A stretch of DNA of 64,000 nucleotides from Haplodiscus bocki (taxonomy: Eukaryota), in the NCBI GenBank assembly GCA_965655095.1, contig OZ296652.1:49414001-49478000 (forward strand). Direction: 5' to 3'. The notes under the pieces are model-generated. The model had not been told where the DNA came from and did no database searches. It saw only the letters and a program-made list of their open reading frames with translations. Within the stretch, counting starts at the first letter, position 1. The number at the start of each line of letters is the position of its first letter. Below, in pieces: positions 29,096 through 39,585 of the stretch. The position numbers were made by a program, and so were the translations under genes.

Positions 29096-30481
29096 CCCGG
29101 GTTGAAGTTTTGGCCGCTTTTTTCTACAGTAACGGTAGATTGTCGGAAAAAAACGCTAAACCGCCGTTCTTCCCTACAAATACAACGGCAGTAACCGGCG
29201 TTTCTTAGAAATTCAGCGGCGGTTACCGGCGTTTTTCGCAGAAACAACAGCACTTTCAACTGTTTCTTCAGAAGTTTCTGCCCATAGCTTACCACCCATA
29301 TCTTAGAAAAAAACGGCAGACTCTGAATCGCCACAATCTTTTCAGAAATTCGCCGATAAGTTTTGGGCGGCTTTCGTTCAACAATAACAGTGAAAAATTT
29401 CAATTTTAGACTTCCTCAACTAGCTTGTCAAAAGGATAAAAAACGTAAATCAAGTTGTCGGACAAGGCTGCCGTCCACAAAAGTGTTTGCAGATGATGGA
29501 AACAGCAGTCCTTATGTTTCAAAATGGATGTTTTCTAATCGTGGGCACAATGTAGCTCACTTGACAAGGTCAACGACAAGAATGTGGCCTCCACAGGACC
29601 CCAAAAACTGCTTAACACAATAGAGATATCAAGAAAAAGACACCACCTTGGAAGCCAAAAGGTCCGATTCAGATATGGTACAAAATAGAAAAGGCCCAAT
29701 ACATCTGAAAAGACGAAACCTGCCAGTCAAACGAAAACAAGAAGTAAAAAGTTGGCGGACAATGCTCCCTCCCACAAACAATGCTTGCATATGATGGATA
29801 CAGGAGCATTATGTCTTAAACTTGAAGCTCTCAGGTATTGGGCGCCAGATAGCTCAATGGACAGGATCAAAACCGAGAACATGGCCTCCAAAGGACCCCG
29901 AAGGCTGTTAATCAGAACCGATATGTCACAAAAAGGGCACCAGAGCGAAATTCAAACAGACAGATTCCGACATCGCTCCATGTAAGAAGCTCAAGGTATC
30001 GGAAAAAAAAGAAATTTAGCGTATTAAAAGAAAAAGAACGGACATGAAAGTGTCGAACAATTTTCACTACCAAAACTACAGTTGGAGATGATGAAACCAA
30101 CTGTTAGTTTGGTTTTCACCAAACTGGATTTTGTCACTTTTTTCAGTGACTTTTGTGATGCGAAGATGTGGGTGTAAGATAGCTTCAGTTTTGGACCAGA
30201 CTAAAACATTCCAATGGCTTTTGTTTTTTTCCTGTTGAAATCTGCTTTCCCGATTGGGTTAGTTTTTTACTTCATTAGTACTAAAATGTGTACCGGTGGA
30301 TCTTTGTAGGATAACAGCGGGAAAAACGTTTTTTTTTCTTGGAAAAATAGCGATGGTCAACCTCAATTCTCAATGGAAGTTCTACGATAACGGCGCATTG
30401 GCGTTTCTTCGCAGATTATCAGCGGAATTACCGGCAACTTTAAAAACTTGACGGCGAATCTGAAAAAAAATTCTACCCCGG
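29096..30481. mobile_element. MITE-like element with imperfect terminal inverted repeats
   Basis: Left end CCCGGGTTGAAGTTT matches the reverse complement of the right end (CCGGGGTAGAATTTT) at 12/15 positions. Related taccggcg/cagcgg subterminal motifs occur at both ends. No clear TSD. Confidence 0.5.
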
Positions 30482-30959
30482 AGCGACCCCAAAGATCACT
30501 GGCTCTCCCGGGTTCATGATGAGTGACCACATTTAGAAACCGTCAGATTCCCAATTCACGGCGCAAAGACACACCGACCCTTCGTTGTATAGAAATTTTG
30601 TGTGAAACACCTTACGTGTATGCCAACCTCGACCATCCAAGAGTTGACTTCCTATTCAATTGCGTGCAACTGGATGCTTTATGGAAAAGGGAGAGCTGAA
30701 TCGTGAAGAAAGCTACTGTTATTGATATCGAAAGAAGCATGTTGTCACGGCTAAGAGAGTGTGTCTGTGATGTGTTCAAGAGGAAGCAAAGAAGATGTTA
30801 TTCGACAACATTCTATTTACCACGGATAGACTCATACAAACAATTTCTCGAGGACACATCCAAAAATGTTACGCTAGATATCCTTATCCATCTGTACTCC
30901 GAAACAAAACTGTGGCAAATGCAATTTCAAAAACTGTATACCTTCTTTTATTCAGTTAT

Positions 30960-33900
30960 TGCGTAAATTGAGGATGTTTTTACCAACAAAATGGCTTCTT
31001 TATGTTCAGTTCTTTTGTGAGGTTTCTTTTCATCTGCAGCTCGTGATGCCGCTCACAACATCTGGATTACTTTAAGTGTATCAAATTTGAAAGGTAAATT
31101 GAACCCGCACGCGCTGAAGTACAAGTCACGAGCTATTCAAATTTTGTGTCCAGAGATGAGATCTTCGAATTCCGCCAACCCACAGGCCTCGCATGTTTAA
31201 TTAAAGTGCTAAATTTTTTGCTGATCTCTTGATGCTCACGATGTATTTCAAAATCTTTTAGTTGGTGAGCCTGCTAATTTTAATTTCTTTATTTCTGCAC
31301 TTCCGACTATTGTGACTTTTGTAATAATGGGAATCGCCACACTTGTAAATTTTGACGTCAATTGACATCATAGTGAGACTCTTGGAGCTGTTTAGTTTTG
31401 TCTTTACTTTGCTTGCCCTTTTCTAGAAAAGGAAATTAGGGGTACAAGGGGTCGAATTTCTGTCCTCAACGAGTCATGATTTGGACGGGACGACAATTTG
31501 ATGAAAGATATCTTTTCAAGTGACAACCAATATGGACAAAGAATTTTCCTGTTGTTTTCCCAATCTTCAATTCATACCTTGTACTGACCCAAGATGTTGA
31601 GCTCAGTGTTAACTAGTTTAGTGACAGGCTAACTTCAAAGTAAAACCTTTTCCAACTTCTTTTTCCAAAATGTCGTTAAAATGGAGCAGCAGGAGGATTG
31701 ATTGAAGTCCTGAAAACCAGGAAAACCAAGGTCAAGTTGTATCTTTATGTTTAAGAAACGAGACTAAATCTGTTACGTAAACCCAATGTGAGTAAAAATC
31801 AACAAAACAACAAAATGAAAGTTACGCAGGAAAGTAAAAGATGCCGTTCCATCAACAAAACAGAATGTGTCAGCTGCATTAGGCGCACTGACATCCGACA
31901 CTCACTTAAACTCAAATCCTAGACAAGTTACAGTTCTTTCATGTGACAACAGCAAGTACGCAGAACTTTCAACACAAAACGCCGAACACCATTGTTCCAC
32001 AAAAATCTGACAACACATTTGCCAATAGTGACAACAACAAAGGCGACTCCGACAGTAGTTGTTACCCATCATATATGGCAAAATTTTCGCCCGAGTTTTA
32101 TCCACGTCTCGAGCGTTGAAAGTCTCATTCCTAATCAATTCATTACACGTCTACGAAAATCTATGTTTTGCAGCGCAGTTTGATGGTGAGATTTCGGTAA
32201 CTTAGACGACAGGAGTATATAGTACTGAAAAATCTCATTGGCCGTGAATGGAGGAAAAATATTGATTCCAAGGTTTGAATCTTTAACAGCAGCTGCATCA
32301 GCAAATTGAAAACTGATGCTAGAGTTAAAACATCGGCCTTTTTGCGTCCGGTGTTCTATGAAAGCAAATGCAGACTAGATATATGATGTCATTTCGACGT
32401 TTGACTTTGAACATTTTGCAGAGCTTTCCTAAATCACCTTTTAGAGTTCATGTTCAGAGTCTGCATCTTCAATTTGCATGCTTTCTTTTACCTTGCTTTC
32501 ATTAAACAATCCAAAAAATTAGAAAATTTTTACCTTATGATAACTAATGTACCATTTCCGATCTTATTTCTCAATTGCTCCAACTTTGCTGAAAAGTTGA
32601 TTTAATTTTTTCTCAGGTTCGTATTTAATGAGCAGCCTGGGGTGCGGGAATGTTGGGTTTTCTTGTTAAATCCTTCTTTGTTTTTTTTCCTAAGTCATGG
32701 AGCGTCATCCACAATTTAACCATTAGATTTTCCAAAACATGGAAAAATCATGGCTTGATCCTTAGCGTGACGATCCTTGAGGCGTCAAATCGGGGTAAGC
32801 TGACGATAAAATTTATTCCCGTGTTTCGAAAAAAGCTCCACATACTTTTATGTGGAGAACAATTTTTTCAAACTCGCTAACCATTTCATTGGGCAGAGGC
32901 AGGATACTGCTTTTTGTGACAATTTGGTAAGGACGTTTTTTTCCCGTCACTGATCTTTGAAATCTTGATACGCACATTGTTTTTATCACCTTTAGATACT
33001 TCTGCTTGCCCAAACACGTTAACTTCTGCAGGGTCATATTGTAGCATAAGCATATGACAGGTTCTGATTAGATACTGTAGGGCAACAGTTTGCCATGTTC
33101 AAGGAAAAAATTCCCGCCCTCGAATTAACAAAAAATTGATTCCCCAGATTCCGTGTTGGCAAGTGGGTCAAAGAGAAAAGATAATTTTTTGTTACGCACG
33201 TGGTACAACATTTCGGCTTAGCGTGCAAACTTTGATCGAAGGTCACTCTGTAAAACTGGGGGCTGCTCGAGCTTGATGGCTATGTTTTACCAATCAGTAG
33301 CTGAAACAATTATCCAGGAGACAATTCTTGACTTAAGCCCATGAACATCTAAATAACGAGAGTTCAAGTTTCTGGTGCTGGTGTGGAAAATTTCCATTCT
33401 CGAAACTCTGTGGATTGTATTTTCAGGGTTTGGTTATTTGCTTTAGCCTCGCGAGCTTGACTTAACCAACATGTTGATTCCTCACTGCTCACATGGATGC
33501 CCAGCTTGCCGGAAAATATCATCGAAGCAACTTAGATTTTTTCACGACAGTGCGATTTCAGTTCAATAAACAAATGGAACTGCTCAAATTGCTCGAGGCT
33601 GGATTCCATTCTTTAATTGCCACAAATTTTTTGCAGCCGTAAAAACTTTTGCAACCGAGATAATAACTGCAATAATTGGAAAAAAACGGAAACCTTGCGA
33701 ACAAGCGACTTTGCAATTCGTTTGAAAAATTCGAAGTCCCACTTTCAGTTTTTTTTGACGAGTAGGGCATACATTTATGAAAATTGGAAACACCAGACTC
33801 GTGCCGCTTTTCATCCGATTGAAACCAAAACTGAAGACAAGAAAAATCCTCATGAAGGGGACTGCAAAACTCAAAATCTATCCCCTATTCGTATTTTCAA

Positions 33901-34450
33901 AATAAGTAAAGTTCTCAGAATTGTTCCATAGAAAAATCACTTTTCAGACTCAGAGTAAATCGTACTAACCATCAACGTCTAGCAGGAAACTCATTTGAGT
34001 CGCAATGTTAGGTTCTCAGCAGTGTGTTAGAGTGAGTCAAAACGTTGTAAAATAGAAGAATTCAGCTGTTTGAGCAAAATGACCCTCAAAGTGAGTTTTC
34101 TGGAAATTTTTCCTGGTTTTTTCACTAGTTTCAAGTAGGATACCTTCCAGCAGAGGTTCTGCAGGGGTTGATGGAGTTGTTAAAACAATTCTCTGCAAAT
34201 TCTTTTTCACTCTTCTTCTTTTCATTCTTCAGTCCTTGTTTCATCAATTACCTCAGTCTCCGGTGAAATTTTAAGTCCTTTGGTCTATTTCTTGCAATTT
34301 AATGTCTCATCAGTTTCTTTTTTGGGGGAAAAGAATGAAGCGCACATGTGACTTCTCAGCAGACTAATGTCAGCTGTGGAGTCGCCATTACGGCTTTTTT
34401 TTCAAGCAATCATGGTCGGGCTTATATTCGAAAATCTTCTGCGATAAAAA
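30960..34450 (-). mobile_element. Heavily decayed hAT-superfamily (hATm-like) transposase relic
   Basis: Colinear minus-strand remnants: ST...LLRSH (BED-like, ~34350), IIYLVCICFH (~32360-32390), KEL (~31935), WF...AAP/NDIL (~31670-31725) and LKVI..D..ER (~31050-31075). Each motif is broken by frameshifts. Confidence 0.4.
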
Positions 34451-34753
34451 GGCAATAGCTAACAGAAAAAAGAGGAAAATGTCCGTTAACTAGTGGCAAA
34501 ACAGCGACAGACACCGGCGATTTGTTCAAAAAGGGGGCGAGTACCAGATTTTGGCATGCAATTTCTGGCATTAACAGACTTTTTTGCCTAGTTCAATATT
34601 AAGGAAGTGCTATTGTGACGGGCCAGCTGAAAACTTTCTGATTTTAGTAATTTGAACTAACGGAAAAACTATGTCTGAAGAAGCGAAGGAAGGCTCGTTC
34701 GGTAACTTAGTTAGTTTTAAGCAGTCAAGTTTTTCACGTCTGAGTGCATCCTA

Positions 34754-35946
34754 CACTGTGAAAAAGGCGAAGGTGAATTTACAGGGAAAAGTATGCAAAT
34801 TAAACAATGGCCTACTTGTAATTTGGATCCCAGTGCGGTTTACCAGCGGTATATGGTTTATTAGCATGTAATTTAAAGGCAAAGACAACATGAAATATAC
34901 AAGTGGAATTACATGCCGGCTATAGCAGTTCTCGATACAGAGAGCAAGCAAGTTCCACTATGTAATTCAAACAAGCTTACGTGCAGAAAACATGCAAAAC
35001 TACCCGTCCGCATTTAGGTGTCAAAATCCAATGCAAGTTGCAGGCAACTTTATCAGCAGAGTTCTCAAAAGAACACCCGTACAATGCAGGCAAAATTTTG
35101 TGTACAAACGCAAATTTATCTACTTTCAGTTGTCAAATTCAACCGTAAATTGCAGGTAAGTTTGAGCGCTGCCAATTAACTGTATAACTTCGGCGAATTT
35201 ACGAAAAACCTGCACGTAAATTTACCTGCACATGGTCAGTAAGTAAACTACCAGCAAACATTCAGTAAACTTATCTTCAAACGGAACATTAAATGACACA
35301 GAAAATAAACGTGAATTAGTTTATCAGGCAAATATAGCTGCCAACTAATGCACGGCAGGTGAACCGTACGTTTGGCATATAGAAACACTGTAACTTGAAG
35401 TTCAAGAAAAAAATGATGCCATTTTCTCTGAGAGCATTTTTTGAGTACCATTTACGAGACATGTGATGGCTTCAAACCGCTCAACTTTGGTATAGTCTCT
35501 GATGGCCGACAACATAGTCATCGACACTGGCACGGCTACCAAGGAGCAGGTATACCACAAATCCCCATTTCGTAAAAAATAAGCCGTAGCAGGAAGGGAA
35601 GTTAAACACAAACAAAGGACATTTTCATAACTATAATTTATGATGCACTTTTGCAGTTTTGATCGCCATTGACGAAACTCAAGATTCAATGAAGCTTATA
35701 CGAAGACTTGCTAATCAATGTCACAACAGGCAAAATTAGAAAAACGAGAGCGTTTCTGTAAACTTTATTGTAGTTTTGCATTTTCTGATAATTTTATTGA
35801 CGATTTCGACAAATATCACGATGGAAGAATTGAAGTTTCTCCTTAATTGCACGCGGCCGCAGGTAAAATACCGAAGGTAATTTTACTGGCGGAACCACTT
35901 ACATGCAGCCGTCGCATGTATTTTCAGCTGCGGTGGTTTTGCAGTG
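34754..35946. mobile_element. Non-autonomous CACTG...CAGTG (EnSpm/CACTA-like) element flanked by TA
   Basis: TA|CACTGTGAAAAAGGCGAAGGTGAATTTAC ... GTATTTTCAGCTGCGGTGGTTTTGCAGTG|TA. Many internal degenerate tgcaggtaa/ttacctgca motifs occur in both orientations. Confidence 0.65.
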
Positions 35947-37071
35947 TAATGAGACAAAGCGGTTGACACGTAAGAAGAGAAACTTCTTTTGCTGTGTAAT
36001 ATTCAATTCGTTGTTGATTTTCTAAGCACATCAACCACAATACGGATCAAATCCGAGAGGATATAATTTGCGAGGGAAATCGGAGAATTGTTTTCCTTAA
36101 TCCTTGGCGATCTATGTTTTTTTTATCAATCCCCTTATCAAACATTGGCTAGAAGCTCTCTGTTACGGAAATTTTGACTTTTTTGCCTCTTTATACTCAA
36201 TGTTGAATCTAGTAGTGGCACTTCAAGACATTTTTATTTTCCTAAGGAAAACTTTCCAAACAAATCTCATGGATTTCCGAAGTTCCACAAGAAACCATAA
36301 TGCAATTTTTGTTCGGTTTCCAAAAACTCAAATGACCACATTTCTTCAAATTTTTCAAATTTCTAAATTAAATCTACATTGTGGAAATTTTATATTACAG
36401 CCCGAAAAACACGCGAGAAAGGTATGATTTATAAAGGATTTTAAATTTTTTTGCCGAAACTGACTAAAAAGGTTGCTTGCATGAACTTGAATCATACTTT
36501 TGGAAAGTAAAAGTCATAAGCATTCATTATAGTGACACGGGATGCGCAAGACTCCATGATCATGTCTAAGACGTGAAGTTTCAATAACTGTTTTATATTA
36601 CGTATGAATCATGTTAAAAGTTGTAGTGCACTTAACCAATTGGCTACACTTGAATGCATTTGAACGCTTCAGATTTTGCTTTCTGTAGCCCCACTTCACA
36701 AACTAGCAGTCGTCATTTTTGAACAAGTGTTGAGTCGTGATTTTTTCCTTCATCTTTCTTTAATGTTTATTTCCATTTTTGTTTTTCTCTGGGAATTCAT
36801 TGTTTTCATGGGAGCCTCTTTCGTTTTCCCGGAAGATTTTCAGACAAACCTTGGAAATATTGTTTGACCAATTTGAAAAACGAAGGAAATTTTTTTAAGA
36901 AGAAACCAAACTGCTCATCCATGAAAATCAATTTGGAACAGTTTCGGGGAAATTTTTGAGAACAAGTTTTTGTAGCCTGCTAATATTTTAATGTCGTGGA
37001 AATATTTTATAATATCATTCCAATACCAACTAGAAAATGGCACTCGGAGAGCGCAGATCCCGCGAAAGCCC

Positions 37072-37216
37072 NNNNNNNNNNNNNNNNNNNNNNNNNNNNN
37101 NNNNNNNNNNNNNNNNNNNNNNNNNNNNNNNNNNNNNNNNNNNNNNNNNNNNNNNNNNNNNNNNNNNNNNNNNNNNNNNNNNNNNNNNNNNNNNNNNNNN
37201 NNNNNNNNNNNNNNNN
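37072..37216. other. Assembly gap (145 N)
   Basis: Run of N directly abutting the tRNA-like array. Confidence 1.
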
Positions 37217-37219
37217 CCC

Positions 37220-37275
37220 AACTCTCGACCCTCGCGTTTATAGCACAATGCTCTTACCGACTGAGTTATAGTGCC
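37220..37275 (-). pseudogene. tRNA-derived cassette copy 1 (3' part lost in the gap); anticodon loop CT-ATA-AA
   Basis: Reverse complement GGCACTATAACTCAGTCGGTAAGAGCATTGTGCTATAAACGCGAGGGTCGAGAGTT. Confidence 0.7.
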
Positions 37276-37385
37276 GTAAGCAACTGATTACTATTATCAG
37301 ATTAGTATTATCAGATTACTATTATCAGATTACTATTATCAGATTACTATTATCAGATTACTATTATCAGATTAACAAAAAATTT

Positions 37386-37460
37386 TGGCCACTCAGAGGT
37401 TCGAACTCTCGATCCTCGCGTTTTTAGCACAATGCTCTTGACCGACTGAGTTATAGTGCC
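37386..37460 (-). pseudogene. tRNA-derived cassette copy 2 (tRNA-Ile(AAT)-like body; anticodon loop CT-AAA-AA)
   Basis: Reverse complement GGCACTATAACTCAGTCGGTCAAGAGCATTGTGCTAAAAACGCGAGGATCGAGAGTTCGAACCTCTGAGTGGCCA. It has an A-box-like motif, B box GTTCGAACC and anticodon stem TTGTG/CGCGA, followed by AAA and T6. The acceptor, D and T stems contain mismatches. Confidence 0.8.
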
Positions 37461-37556
37461 GTAAGCAACTGATTACTATTATCAGATTAGTATTATCAGA
37501 TTACTATTATCAGATTACTATTATCAGATTACTATTATCAGATTAACAAAAAATTT

Positions 37557-37630
37557 TGGCCACTCAGAGGTTCGAACTCTCGATCCTCGCGTTTTTAGCA
37601 CAATGCTCTTACCGACTGAGTTATAGGCCC
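37557..37630 (-). pseudogene. tRNA-derived cassette copy 3 (anticodon loop CT-AAA-AA)
   Basis: Near-identical to copy 2 except for a 5' GGGCCTA and a 1-nt shorter D loop; also followed by T6. Confidence 0.8.
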
Positions 37631-37868
37631 GTACACGTCTGATTACTCTTATCAGATTACTATTATCAGATTACTATTATCCAGGATCTGATTGAAATCT
37701 TGATCCAAAAATCCGACCAGTAGTTCATGAGAAACAGTTATCCGGATCTCAGATCCGGATTTCAATCCGGATCACGCCCAACTTTGAACTCGGTCTTCCT
37801 ATGATCATTACCTCCCTACTCACCAAATTTCATCAAAATCCGACCAGTCGTTTTTGAGAAATCCTGCT

Positions 37869-37920
37869 AACAAACAAACAAACAAACAAACAAACAAACA
37901 AACAAACAAACAGACAGACA
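37869..37920. repeat. (AAAC)n(AGAC)n microsatellite within the HINE 3' region
   Basis: Seen directly. Confidence 0.95.
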
Positions 37921-39064
37921 CACGAAGGTGATTCCAATATCCCGCTTTTCGCAGGATAATAAAAGTAAGATCAATATAATATTAAACATTCAATGATGCA
38001 ATCTGTCACTCAATAATGTTCAAAGGCTCAAAAATGTCGACTTTGTCTTTTTTGCTTCTTTTGGGCATCTTAACTTTTTTATGTTGCCCTACGCCTGAAA
38101 TAATAAAGCATGGCTTTGTAAGTATGTATCTAACACTACTTAGTCGCCTCTGTGACCGACATTTTGGAAATATTTTGAAGATAATGATAAGTTTTAATGA
38201 AATCTTGAAATCTCATTTAATTTATATTGCAAATATACCCTGGTTGAGGTCTCAGAGACATTCGGCGTTGTTCAATCCTGATTCAGAAATTTGTTTCAGT
38301 TCTGATTTGCTCAGAGACTTCAACCCGGGTAATTTACTTCCTGTTTGCAAGAAATCTTTACCCAAATTTTTCTAAGCGGCTCCTAAATTGAAACTTTCTG
38401 AAATTTTTGGAATGCCGCTTGAAAAACCGTATTTTTAGCACACAAGAGAACAAACCAGAGCGTCAAACAAAAGTTTCGCTAGTTTGAACTGCAGCTTGTA
38501 CAAATAAATTTAAAGTTGAGGACTTTTAAACAGTAGGGAGGACCTTCGTGACATTTTGGTTGACGCATAGAACAAAAATTTCGAACCCTTTGCCTAATAG
38601 TCAAAATTCAGTCAGATTGATGAAACCATTTTGAATAAATGAACTGGTTTTAGCCGTAGCCCGCTTGCAACAATAAATGTTATCAACCATTTTTTCAAAA
38701 ACTAAGTTTGTTTTTGCAGGTGAAGTGAAATGTGTGACTGTCTAAAAACCAAACTCTCTAAAGTTGTGGCAGATTGAAGATTGTAGCATATGAATTGTAA
38801 ATTTTTGTTTAAATTAGTACTCATTGTACTCATTCACTTGAAACGAGGAAATTGAAAACGTTACAGTGGTCTCATAACCTCAGAACTAACAAAATGTCAC
38901 TCGAAATTCTGCTAGATGAAATATAAGGCGTGGAATTGTGGCACGTATGCGCTGTATTGTATCTGTTACGCGCTGACTAAAACGAATCTTATCAACTTTG
39001 AATCATCAACATGCTGCATTCTTCATTAAAAATTTCTATTCTATCAAAAATTTTAAATAGAAGG

Positions 39065-39585
39065 ATGAAATTCTCAAAAAATCAATGGTTAATTGGCTTG
39101 TCGTTATTAGTTATACTAGCAACTTCTTTAAAGGTCTTTCCGATTGGGCTGTTCTCGCAGTATCAAAATGGCAATTCAGATACAAAAGAGATCGAGCGTC
39201 TCGACATTTTGAGGCCACCGCAAACAGAGACAAAACCCACAATGAAAATGGAGAAAATGCAGGAAGAATCCAGAAGTTCTGAAGCTACAAAACGAATCCT
39301 TTCTTTCGCAAAGTTTGGTGATGTTACTTTTGAGTACCCGGTTTATTTGGAATACTTAACCAAAATGGAAAATAAGGGGTGTGCAAACATGAATCCAGAC
39401 GAGCCCTACCTGGTGACAGGTTTTACTGATTGTGTTCTTTTTTGTTTGGGAAGAAACTTCTTGAGAATCTTCGAGCTAAAAATTGTAGAGCATGATGGGA
39501 AAACAAAGTGTTCGTGTGGTCCTGGCTTGCAGAATGAGAAAAATAATACGTTTAACCATTCAGAATGTGAAATGTCTAATTTTAG
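39065..39585 (+). CDS. WSCD-family sulfotransferase, exon 1 (signal anchor, stem, first WSC-like domain)
   Basis: MKFSKNQWLIGLSLLVILATSLKVF type II anchor; cysteine pattern GC..C...C...CSC...C. Phase-2 donor TTTAG|GTTGGT at 39586. Confidence 0.8.

Larger units (their letters stand above)
37287..37681. repeat. 14-bp minisatellite ATTACTATTATCAG in three blocks (6, 5 and ~3 units) alternating with the tRNA cassettes
   Basis: Blocks at 37287-37370, 37472-37541 and 37642-37681. The second unit is the variant ATTAGTATTATCAG in blocks 1 and 2. Confidence 0.95.
37029..37960 (+). mobile_element. Helentron-associated non-autonomous element (HINE/DINE-1-like), young copy
   Basis: 5' end ACTAGAAAATGGCACTCGGAGAGCGCAGA. 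Subterminal inverted pair ATCCCGCGAAA (37057-37067) / TTTCGCAGGAT (37947-37957) matches 10/11. 3' hairpin TATCCCGC-TTTTC-GCAGGATA. Core CCAAATTTCATCAAAATCCG...GAGAAATCCTGCTAA followed by (AAAC)n/(AGAC)n, all characteristic of these elements. Confidence 0.8.

Noticed and set aside
36991-37287. Four ORFs containing X runs
   Set aside because: Artefacts of translating through the N gap.
37386-37630. Functional tRNA-Phe(AAA) genes
   Set aside because: The acceptor, D and T stems have mismatches, the body is Ile-like and the copies lie inside a mobile element.
37217-37681. CRISPR-like repeat/spacer appearance
   Set aside because: The spacers are near-identical tRNA-derived units, the context is eukaryotic and there are no cas genes.
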